Below are positions 25,063 to 36,327 of a DNA stretch of 64,000 bases, one piece after another (position 1 is the stretch's first letter; each line of letters starts with the position of its first letter). The DNA is from Eledone cirrhosa (Eukaryota): contig OZ024743.1 of NCBI GenBank assembly GCA_964016885.1, forward strand, positions 365,242,001-365,306,000, written 5' to 3'. Under the pieces are notes generated by a model. The model did not search any database, was not told the origin of the DNA, and saw nothing but the letters and a program-made list of their open reading frames with translations. Position numbers and translations under genes: made by a program.

Positions 25063-26175
25063 GTAGTTGAGTGTAATTGTTGATGTTGCTACTGATGTGG
25101 GTATTCGTACTGTAGTTGCTGAAGTTATCATTGATGTTATTGCTGTTGTTGTTGCTGAAGATGTTGATGCTACTGATTCTGCCTTTGATGCTGTTGCTCA
25201 CAGTGTGGCAGTTGTTGCATATTTACACACATATTTAAATATAGATGTAATTACACTTACGTACGCACACACATATGTCATATACATGCTTACACACGCA
25301 CATAAGCTCATGCATGCACGCACACATCGATACATATACACATTAACAGCACACAAGTGCATTTTACGCTCAAGCGTAGTGTTAACCCTAACACAACCGA
25401 AATTAAACAAACAATAAATATAAACAGCTATTAGGAAGGAAATCTATGATTTCTCTAAAGCCCCACAATACCCTACGGACCGCATCCCTTGATAATGGAT
25501 GCTAAATCCCCAAATATTTGGAATTATAAAGTAACTTTCAGTCATTCTTTTGTTTATTTTTTTATTTTCCCTTCTTATCCGACATTTTGCCTTCTAGCTC
25601 ACCACTCGCAATCCCCTTCCGAATTGCTACCTTGGTAATTCTGACCCACTTGCATTGTACGACTTTCTTAACAAACCCACTTTTCATTTTCATAAGTAAC
25701 TAGATATTATCTTCAATATATTTACGTGTAATTAAATAATATATATACAATATAGATAATATATATATAATACATATATGTATACATAGGCAGAGGAAAG
25801 AGAGAAAGAAAATGAGATAGGGAGAAAGACAGAGAAAGAGATGCATATAACTAACTACTAAGAAGCAATGTTCTGTTTCCACTTAAAAACCCACCCACAC
25901 ATCTGTGTGGTAAAGAGGGTGTAAGAGGGTGTAAGAGGGTAGCTATTGGCGTGCTATTTCTAGTAGAAATAGTAGGTGGTAGTTAGGTAAAACTACTGAA
26001 GGTAGTAGGTAGTTGTGTGGGTGTGGGTGGGGTAATTTACTTTGCTAATACATAAGATACATTTACATATGTTGATATGCGGTTAGTTTTCTTCTGTATT
26101 CTTACTTTACTTCACTCTGAGTTTATGTTTGCACGTCTGCCGGATGGTGCGCATATAAGTGTTTATGGTTGTGTG

Positions 26176-26237
<62 letters not shown>

Positions 26238-26308
26238 CTGAAGTAAAAGTTAAGTGGGAATGTCCAAGAGCAAGAGCACCCAGTCCATAGGACGAGTTTA
26301 GTATAAAT

Positions 26309-27457
26309 AATTACAACAGTGACATAAATAGGTACTCAAGTTTCGTTGGGTTCTGGGCCCCAATTCATTCAGCCTATCATGAGAAAAATAGAAACATGGC
26401 CGCCTATCGTTGATTGTGCTTCCCCTATAGGAATATAACAAAAGAGTTTACGCAGGGGCAGGCAATTTAGAAAAAAAGTATAGGAAAAGGGGTTATTTAA
26501 AAAAAAATAGGGTAAGATCAAGGAAGGTAACTCTTGAGAGATCTTCATTTCCCTATTGGCCATAAATACCGAAAGATATTTAATCGCCATACAATAAAAA
26601 TAGGATACTATTGCACCAACAATGTAAAAGCCTATATCACCGGCAAACACAGAAGTCCTCCACCGTACGGATGCTCATGTAGAAGACCTGAAACATGTCC
26701 ACTAAACCAACAGTACAACACTCCGGCAGTGATATACCAAGCAGAGGTTCCGTCCACCAACCAGAACCACCAAACTGAACCCTGGACCTATGTAGGTATG
26801 TCCGAGAGCCGGTTTAAAAACCGGTTCCTGAATCACGAAACAAAATTCAGATATCCTGATAAAAAAACATACCACACAGCTCGCAAACCACGTATAAGAC
26901 CTTAAGAACAATGGCACTCCCTTTTCCATCAGATGGCGTATTTTGGAAAGATCTACCGCCTACGTAAATGGGTCGATATTTTGTCGAATTTGTAATTCCG
27001 AAAAATGGTGGATACTCTCACAATTAGCTTCGGATAAGCACTACCTCAACACACGACTCGATTGCTTTGGTGGTTGTCCCCATGTGAAGAAATATATTTT
27101 GGATAAATGACTTAGGCCTGACTAACAGGTCCAGAAGTATCTTTCTATTTACTGACTATATTGTTATTCAGTGAAATTGGATCTTTGGAGTCAACCAGAA
27201 GAAATTATTGTGCTTCTATTTTCATTCAAAATTCACTGTGGTCTCTCAAGAGTTACCTCCCTTGATCTTACCCTATTTTTTTAAAATAACCCCCTTTCCT
27301 ATACTTTTTTCTAAATTATCTGCCTCTGTGTAAACTCTTTTGTTATATTCCTATAGGGAAAGCACAATCAACCATAGGCGGCCATGTTTTTATTTTTCTC
27401 ATGACATGCCCAGAACTCAATGAAACTTGATTACTTGTTTAAATCACTGTTGTAATT
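26309..27457 (+). mobile_element. PLE 3' fragment (GIY-YIG endonuclease) flanked by inverted pLTR copies (26309-26541 and 27242-27457)
   Basis: ORF 26534-26905 reads CSCRRPETCPL..VIYQA..YVGMSESRFKNRFLNH. The ends are reverse-complementary. Confidence 0.88.
26328..26377 (-). ncRNA. Hammerhead motif with CUGAAUGA core variant
   Basis: ATAGG-CTGAATGA-aTTGGG gcccagaa CCCAAc-GAAAC ttga GTA-CCTAT. Confidence 0.6.
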
Positions 27458-28223
27458 AAATATATATATATATATATATATTAGGTATAGGATTATCCAA
27501 GATGTAGTGATGGTTAATAACTACACTGGATATGGTTGACGTACGGTAAGAGGTTACTCTACGAGTTATGGAAGAATTGTTCAAGAAACTTAGTTCCTGA
27601 TCCTTCAGTATTCCGGAGTGTATATAAAGAATGAATAATAACAGGTAGACATCATAAAAAGGTAGTTTATTCCGTGTGCTTACAAGTGTTTTCACGGTGG
27701 TACTGCAGCCTAGTTCCGCTACGTGCAAATTCACAAGTATTTGCAGAACTCGAATATCCAATGCTGTGACCACTGTTTCCTCAGAGCAGAATGGTAAATA
27801 TACAATGTAAAAACCCTTAAGTGGGGTTGTTGGGGAAGATAGAGTGGAACAGGAAGAGAGAAAAGTAGGGAAGAAGGAGAGAGAAGGAAAGATATGCAGG
27901 GGTTGGAGAAGTAGGAGAGAGTGGCTTGTAGATATCTTAATCAAAATGCTATGGTAGGGGTTTTATTAGTTACTTTTGGAGAGATGCGTAGATAGTTGAG
28001 GTCGGAATTATTTATTGCCCCAGAGGGCAGGTTCATAAATGTTGAGAGGGAGGTAGGTCAAAGGTGAGAGAGAGAGAGAGTGTAATGGATGTAGAGAGAT
28101 ATATATATAGGTAGAGAGGGGACAGATAAATATGTGTGGTGAGTGAACTTTTGGTATTGTAGTAGTATTCTAGGAGTTGTACTGAGTTACCATGTATAGT
28201 GATAAGCAGTGTATTGTCTTGTA

Positions 28224-28396
28224 GTGTGGGGGGGAAGAGAAGGTTGTTAGCTAGAAAGTGGTGTTGTAGTTACGGGTTCGAATGTTAAGTTATTTTATAA
28301 TAATGTTAAGTTATTTTATACTATAAAATAACTTAACATTCGAACCCGTAACTACAACACCACTTTCTAGCTAACAACCTTCTCTTCCCCCCACAC
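28224..28396. repeat. Fold-back inverted repeat (~75-bp arms) abutting a PLE 5' end
   Basis: 28224-28299 is the reverse complement of 28322-28396; a 19-bp duplication sits in the spacer. Confidence 0.95.
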
Positions 28397-30059
28397 AGGA
28401 GCAGCCATTGGTGTTAGCATTGCAGGTGACATAGCTAACTTATTCATGGTATGGTGGGACAGTAGACTTAAACTTAAACTTAAAGAACAATTAGAAGACC
28501 CCTTAACCATGATAATGTACTCCCGCTACGTTGATGATATAAACATCGTAGTTAAGACACCCCCACTAGAGAACAGTCAGGAACTAGAGAAAAACACAAT
28601 GGAAAGCATCCAGCAAATAGCTAACTCCATCCACCAGAGCATTAGAGTTACTATAGACTACCCAAGTAAACACCCCAACCATCGATTACCTGTACTAGAC
28701 ACAGAGCTCTGGTTAGATACCATTAATAACAAAAAACAAATCCTCCATTCCCATTATGCCAAACCCATGACTTCCAAACATCTGATCCACCGAAACTCGG
28801 CCGTTTCGGACCATACCAAAATCAACATACTGATTGCGGATTTGGTACGGGTGATGAGAAACGTGTCCCGCATGTGCAACCCCGAAGAACTAGAGAGACA
28901 CATACAACACTTCATCCACCGTATGCAGTTCTCTGGCTACAATCAGAGAGATAAAATCAGAGTGTATAGAGGAGCCAGAACCAAATGGGAAAAAATGGTA
29001 AATAATGACATAAATGGGACCTGCCCCTTGTATAGGAGCAAATTTTGGAATAGAATAGAAAGAACTAGGAACAAGGCTAATAGAATAAACTCATGGTGTG
29101 ATAGCAATAAATACCAGAGTGTAATGTTCATCGATACAACCCCTAGAGGTGAATTAGCTTACAAATTTAGAAGGGCCCTAGATAAACATAAACTCAATAT
29201 TAAGATAGTAGAAAGACCAGGTACCTCCCTAAAAACACTTATTAGCAAGACATACCCTTTTCAAAGACCCTCATGTATAGATAAGAAATGTATAACCTGT
29301 AAAATAAGCCCCCATATTAACTGTAAAACTAGAAATGTAGTGTATAGCATAAGATGTACTGAAGGACAATGTAGAGACAAAAAATATAGTGTACATAGGT
29401 GAGACAGCTCGTAGTGTAGGGGAACGGATAAATGAACACTGGCGAGACCTTCAAGATAGTAAAGAATCATCTGTACTCTACCAACATGCTAAAATAGAAC
29501 ACAAGGGTAAATTAGAGAACATAGAAATAAAAATAGAATCTACACACAGAAAAGACGCAATGTTTAGACAAATCACAGAGGCAATAAACATAAAAGAATT
29601 ACAATCAAAATTAAATAGAAAATATGAGTGGAACAGCAACATCACAACTTACAATTAAGGACAAAATGAAAACACACACATACATAGAACAAACAACCAA
29701 CCAACAACATGTAAATAAACAAATAAATAAATGAACATAAACACACACAGACACCCGGATGTGGCGCATGCGCAGACTGAGCACACAACACACACACAGA
29801 AACAAAATGGCGTAGGACAGAACAAAGAAAAGGAGAGGCACAAAAATAAAGAAAGGAATCCCCAGTCACTGAAGAGGTCACAGAGTGTGTGACGAAAGAA
29901 CTATGACAATATATAAACAACTATCTGGTTGTGGAACCAACCAACCAACCAGAAATTTATAAATTTATAAATTTATTATAAATTTATTATAATAAATTGA
30001 AGTGAAACAACTGGTGCGTGTGTTTCTTATTGGCAACATGACCCTCCCAAAGTATAACA

Positions 30060-30060
<1 letters not shown>
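28397..30060 (+). mobile_element. 5'-truncated PLE (RT plus GIY-YIG) with HHR-bearing 3' pLTR, ending at (TA)n
   Basis: GAAIG..IANLFMVWWD, YSRYVDDI, LPVLD, a Cys-rich linker, then NVVYSIRC..YIGETARSVGERINEH. One frameshift in an A-run at ~29380. Confidence 0.9.
29865..29907 (+). ncRNA. Minimal hammerhead motif
   Basis: GTCA-CTGAAGA-g-GTCACA gagtg TGTGAC-GAAAG aa CTA-TGAC. Confidence 0.75.
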
Positions 30061-30094
<34 letters not shown>

Positions 30095-30351
30095 CGTGTG
30101 CGTGTGTGTGTGTGTGGGAGGGGGGGGGGTTATAGTTTTGTGTGTTTGTTTATGTGCGACTGAATCTTTTAGTATAACTGAACACTGAAGACCAGTGAAT
30201 ATATTTTAAAGGCAATCTAAATCCAAAGTTAAAATTGATAGACATAAACATTATTAAGGTATATCTTAATTTAAATAGCTTGCGTATATCTACTGATTGT
30301 TAAATCTTATTTAAAAGAATCTAAGAAATTATATATATATATACGTGATAT

Positions 30352-31234
30352 ATATAAATTTAGCGAGAATCGCATTTCGGCGAGTAGAAATTAGCGAAAC
30401 GCAACTTCCCATTTGTGTTGGCAAGCGCTCAATGGATACGAAGATACAAGAGCAATAAACATAAGATAACAAGGCCATACAAAACTGAGACGATGGTTAA
30501 GAAGCCATTAACCACCTAAGCCAAGCGAGCAAGCTAAAGCGGGTCAAACAAAATAAGATATGATTGAAATATTTACCCGGAGTCCCGGAAATGAGGGTAA
30601 AATCCGATATAGGGTTTCTGCGACACCTAAATCAATAATACTGTCTGCTTAAAAAAATATATAATAAGCTTTTGGTAAGATGATCGAACAAAGATATCGC
30701 TTTCACAACAGGTATTGTTCTGCGCGAGGATTTTACAGTGTTTTGAAAACACATGTGAACTCCAAAGGGGAGAAAATCCATAGTTTGGCGAATGAATTCA
30801 GTATGTGTAGTCATTGCAAAAATTTGCAAAAACATCACAAAACGAATTAAGCTCTCGATCGAGTAGTTTTTTAAATAAACTTAAGCGATTAATCAGTCAA
30901 TAGAATTAACTAAAAAAATCAAAAAATCAATTGGTTAATTGCTAGACTTGGAAGATTAATACAAATATAAATTTAGCGAGAATCGCATTTCGGCGAGTAG
31001 AAATTAGCGAAACTCAACTTCCGATTTGTGTTGGCAAGCGCTCAATGGATATGAAGATACCAGAGCTATAAACATAAGTTAAAAAGGTCATACAAAACTG
31101 AGACGATGGTTAAGAAGCCATTAACCACCTAAGCCAAAAAAGCGAGCGAGCTAAGCGGGTCAAACAAAATAAGATATGATTAAAATATTTACCCCGACCC
31201 CGGAAATGATGGTAAAATCCGATATAGGGTTTCT
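30352..31234. repeat. ~270-bp direct repeats (30352-30619 and 30965-31234), 613 bp apart; unclassified
   Basis: ATATAAATTTAGCGAGAATCGC...GATATAGGGTTTCT occurs twice with scattered differences. Confidence 0.9.
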
Positions 31235-32699
31235 TTTATGTCATTTTGTGAAATGGAAATAACTGAAAAAGGCATTGAAACAGAATGATGCCTTGTAATG
31301 GCTAAATGGGAACTAACATATTTAAAAGTGAGAATCCCGAAATTAAAACTTATTATAATTAAATCTACACCCGTATCGCGGAGAGAATAAAAACGTTAAC
31401 TTTTAGGATTAATACTTGTTCAAACTCATTGAATATGGAATATGTAGTGTGTGTGATAGTGATGGTGGTATTGGGGGAGATGAGTTTGATATCTTAAGAT
31501 CTGGAAAATATTGGTAAAAATTTGGTTGGAGTTGTCATTTATTAAAGATAAGACACACACCACTGCTTGTACTTATTCAATTGCTAATTATAACATATTT
31601 CAGAGTTGTTTTCCTTGTCTTCTTTGATCAGAATTATTGATAAAATATAACATTTTTCGCTTTACAGCTGGTGTAATTTTTTTAATTAATTCAAAATCTT
31701 TTGGGGCTGTATGTACATTATGCATGTTATCCCCCACTTAACTATATGGTTTTCACGCAGAAAGCATCCGTCGGTAATTTCTCTTAGATATTTGTTTAAT
31801 GCTTTTTAATTTGATATCATCATTCTCCGAGTTCAAGCTTTGCCAAGCTACTCTTTGCTTTTCAACATTACGGGCATAAATACTCAAAGTGGCGAAGAGT
31901 TAAAGCGTCAGACAAAATGTCAACTTTGCTTTTCATCGTTCCGGAGTCGATAAAAAAAGTACCTGACTAGGGAGATAGACTAGTGGAGTCATTAGAGCGT
32001 ATCATGGATTGCCTTACGATATTTGTTCCGGCTTTTTGTGTTTTGAATTAAAAATCCTCTGTGGCCCACATAGGTGGTAGACTTAATCCGTCACCAGGTT
32101 TAATACCTGAACAGTCTCTTATATACCGAATTACTATTTAACGGAGCCCATCCTATTGCAATTATTTGGTCTAGGTGTCGAGCATACCTTTCCCTCTTCC
32201 TCCCACCTAGCTTGGAAGCCCTGTCCTTTCTCTTGACTAAAAAGAACTCAACTCCAAAAAGAAGCAGACCTTTATGCAAAAATTTACAAACATGTACACT
32301 CGTACAATGAACAGGTAAAAACGGGTGCTGCTTGACTGTCATGTATAGATGTCTACGTGTAAAAATACCCAGGAGTCGAGTCAATCAATTTATATCTTCA
32401 CTAATCAAAATTCATATTGGCTCTATTAAACACAAACGCAACAGATTCTAATCTCATTTGAGTTTTTCAAATAACGAATAACCAATGTTACTGTCGCTGT
32501 GTCTCTAGGTAATGCGTGTTTTTCATAGATGGGTTCCCTTATATAAATATTAACTGCTTAGAATAACGTGAATGGCGAGTGAAACATTGTATAGGAAAAT
32601 ATCGTTCTTACATATAATGTTGTATATTCCTGAAGGCCTTGTGCCGAATGTAGAAACCATATTTCTAAAGTGCTGCTAGAGCTTCAATTAGTTTTAATC

Positions 32700-32850
32700 G
32701 GCGGCAAATTGGCAGAGCCGTTAGAAAGTCAGATAGAATGCTTTGCGGTATTAATTTCGGTTCTCTGCTGACTTCAAATCTCGCTGAGGTCAACTTTGCC
32801 TTCCATCCTTTCGAGGTCGATACAAAAAGTACCAGTCTAATACTGGGTTC
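32700..32850 (+). mobile_element. tRNA-derived SINE (octopus-type)
   Basis: A-box-like TGGCAGAGCCGTTAG, B-box-like TTCAAATC, and the core GAGGTCAACTTTGCCTT(T)CATCCTTTCG shared by many copies. Confidence 0.75.
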
Positions 32851-33289
32851 GATTCTTTCTCTCTCTCACTTTGTATCCTACTCTGAAAGAAATCTGCTGT
32901 ACTCAGGCTAGGATAGGGATGGGTTCTGCCAGGCTTAAAATGCCGATAAAACGTCGTTTGTCAATATGGTGTCCTACGACTCAATCAGGAGTTACGGGTT
33001 CTAAAAATAAACCAAGAAAGTGCCAATCCGTCGCAGATTTATTTTTCCAGGTTTAGAACACGAGGGTGTAAGTCTCTACATGTATTTTTGTTTTAAGTAA
33101 ATTCCTATAGTTTTATTTAATATATTTCTGCTGACAGGCATGTTATAACATGCCTGTCATCATCGTTCTAGATTGATAATTTATCAAGATTCCGACTTAA
33201 AACAACATTTCTATATCCTTGTTATTGTTAGTGTTGATATTTAATGTTAGATCTGCATTGATATAGCCTTCTGCAACAAACTGTATTCT

Positions 33290-33374
<85 letters not shown>

Positions 33375-33596
33375 CACACTCAAACACAAACACACACACA
33401 CACACACACATTTAATATTGTGGTAGATTAGCAGAATCGGTAGACCATCAATACAAATGCTCTGCAGTAATTATGATAGTTACTGCTCTTAAAGTTTGTG
33501 ACGTTGTGCCAACGTTAGAAATCAATACATCCTTAGTCTTATAAAAAATGTGCCTGTGTATATATTTCGTCATCAACAGGGAGGAAACGTTAAATC

Positions 33597-33718
33597 TTTG
33601 TTCTGAATTCAAATCCCGCCGAGGGTAACTTTGCATTTTATCTTTACGGGGTGGATAAAATAAAGTACCAGTAATACACTGGGGTAATTGCTGGCCTTGT
33701 GCCAAAAGTAGAAACAAT
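33597..33718 (+). mobile_element. SINE fragment, same family
   Basis: TTCAAATCCCGCCGAGG..GATAAAATAAAGTACCAG..AATTGCTGGCCTTGTGCC. Confidence 0.75.
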
Positions 33719-34181
33719 TATACTAAAGCAAACAGTGAAGTGAAAAATGTTATTTATCAATAAATGCAATCAAGATAGATGCTGTCTTTATTAACGCTAT
33801 GAGTGCATTAGTACATTTCAATAGATTCCAAATTGCTTGTTTGTCCTCCCACTACTCGTTTCGTTTTTTTTTTATTTTGTAAAGTGGTTGTAAAGTCGTT
33901 CCAAGTGACATACCTCTTGATGTTATTAATGTTGACCATTTTTATTAATAAAAATTCCTTTTACTTTCTGATGACGTCATTATGGCGCAGTTAAGTTTTC
34001 ACGAAACGACGTCATAGATATAAAAAGATAAAGTTATGCCATTGGAGATGATGGCGTCGTTAGAATGTTATCCGAAATAATGACCGGATGATGTCAAGCT
34101 GTTCATTTTGATAGTAATTCTTAGAAAATAATTGCTTCAGTCCACACACTGATAAGAAAAAAGAAAAGAAATAACAATAGC

Positions 34182-34288
34182 TACTACTACTACTACTACT
34201 ACCGCCACAAACCACCACCACCACCACCACCACCACCACCACCACCACCACCACTACCACTACTACTACTACCACCACCACCACCGCC

Positions 34289-34365
<77 letters not shown>

Positions 34366-34441
34366 CACCACCACTACTACTACTATCACCACCACCACCA
34401 CCACCACCACCACCACCACCACCACCACCACCACCACCACC

Positions 34442-34475
<34 letters not shown>

Positions 34476-34503
34476 TTACTACTACTACTACTACCACCAC
34501 TAG

Positions 34504-34578
<75 letters not shown>

Positions 34579-34606
34579 CCCCACCACCACTACCACTACC
34601 ACCACC

Positions 34607-34669
<63 letters not shown>

Positions 34670-34700
34670 GATGATGATGATGATGATGATGATGATGACG
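34182..34700. repeat. (TAC)n/(CAC)n/(GAT)n compound microsatellite
   Basis: Read directly. Confidence 0.95.
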
Positions 34701-34811
34701 ATATTTGTCGGAAGTAAATTGGCGATTATAAAACATTTAATATTACCGTTCAGGATCCAACATATTGTAAAAAAATTTACAAAACGCGTAGTTAAAATAC
34801 ATACTCACATA

Positions 34812-35234
34812 CACAAGCATGCCTTTTGAAGTGTTCCAAAAAGCGGGGCAGGGCCAATTTTCTTTAACCATCCTTGGAAACTCTTTGAGATAGTACCTAG
34901 TGCGCCTATAACAATCGGGATCACTTTGACTTCATGGCAGTTCCAAATCCTTTTTACCTCCCACTTTAAGTCCTGGTATCAGTTAATTTTCTCCCTCTCC
35001 TTCTCTAGCACTCTCGTGTCAAATGGGCAGGCCACATCCACAATCAGGCACGATCTTTTTCCTTGTCCAAAACCACCAGGTCAGGTCTATTGTGTTCCAG
35101 TTTCTTGTCCGTCTGTATCCTAAAATCCCACAGCACCTTCACCTGATCGTTTTCTATCACCGACTCTGGCTTATGCTCATACCACTTCTCAGAATGTGGT
35201 AAATTGTTTACTTTGCATAGGTGCCAGTGGATCA
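34812..35234 (-). mobile_element. R4/Dong-type RLE LINE 3' fragment
   Basis: HWHLCK..WYEHKPE..LWDFRIQTDKKLEHNRPD; closely similar to 41590-42012. Confidence 0.85.
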
Positions 35235-35289
<55 letters not shown>

Positions 35290-36272
35290 AGTTGCATTTA
35301 TCTTGCTTTATGTTCATACGAGTTATCACCAAGTCACAACCAGTGACCTCAAGAGACAACAAGGTCCGCCATGTTCAAGAAAGAACATACATATTCACAC
35401 ATGCATCTTTAGTGTTTAGACTTGTGATGTACTTATATTGACAGAATCTTCCTTAGTATATGGGCAGTTCCCATTAGTACTATCTTTTGTATTTCTCCTA
35501 TACGCGGATTTCCTGGGATTTGCGATATGTAATCATTAGACCCCTTAGGTATCATTCCCAGAGCGCCTACAACCACTGGTATTGTTTTAGTTCTCAATTT
35601 CCACATTTTTCCAATTTCTATCTCCAGGTCCTTATACTTGCTCAATTTTTCAAATGTTTTTATAGATACATTCTTGTCTATTGGAACAGACATATCAATT
35701 AGCAGGCATACCCTCTTTTTAAAGTCTTTCAATATTATATCAGGTCTGTTTGCATCTATTTTTCGGTCTGTTTGGATGCTAAAGTTCCACAAGATTGAGA
35801 TGTGATCTTTTTCAAGTATGGGACGTGGTTGATGCTCCCACCAATTCTTTTGATGGGGCAGGTCAAAATGCTTACACATTATCCAATGTATGTATTGTGC
35901 AGCTCTGTCATGCCTGTTTAGGTATTCGGTTGGAGCTATAGGACTGCACATTGAAATTATATGGTCAATGGTCTCTGGTTGTTTTTTGCATACACGGCAT
36001 AATGGGCTGCACCCATTTTTTATTATGTTGGCTTGGTAATTTTTTGTTGACAGACACTGATCTTGTGCCGATATAATCAGTCCTTCAGTCTCCGATTTCA
36101 GTCCAGAGGATGCCAACCACTGATGGGTTAAAGTTTTGTCAACATCAGGATTGTTAGCTCGCTCTGGGTATTTTCCATACAGAGGCTTTTCTTGCCATTT
36201 CTTAGCCAGTTTCTGTAGCAGTTCTTTCTTTGCAGTTACTTTTACCTGCTTTGCTTTTTCTGTGTTTTCCAT
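35290..36272 (-). mobile_element. R4/Dong-type RLE LINE 3' fragment with uninterrupted ORF (35433-36281), between (ATT)n tracts
   Basis: CCHC knuckle CRVC..ETIDHIISMC, RHD, and RPD..D..P..EK..KY restriction-like endonuclease motif. Confidence 0.88.
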
Positions 36273-36277
36273 TATTA

Positions 36278-36327
<50 letters not shown>

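Noticed and set aside
21830-25131. Long ORFs (712, 1063 and 379 aa) with 8-aa repeats
   Set aside because: Arithmetic result of a stop-free 24-bp unit. They are open on both strands, shift frame at a 23-bp unit, and have no unique domain.
27570-27615. Possible minus-strand hammerhead (CTGAAGGA..hairpin..GAAC)
   Set aside because: Both core segments deviate, and stems I and III are unconvincing.
28446-29658. Selenoprotein-type PLE or programmed frameshift
   Set aside because: Cys positions use ordinary codons with no in-frame TGA. The break is best explained by an A-run indel.
32700-32790. tRNA gene
   Set aside because: The A/B boxes belong to a SINE head, and no cloverleaf forms.
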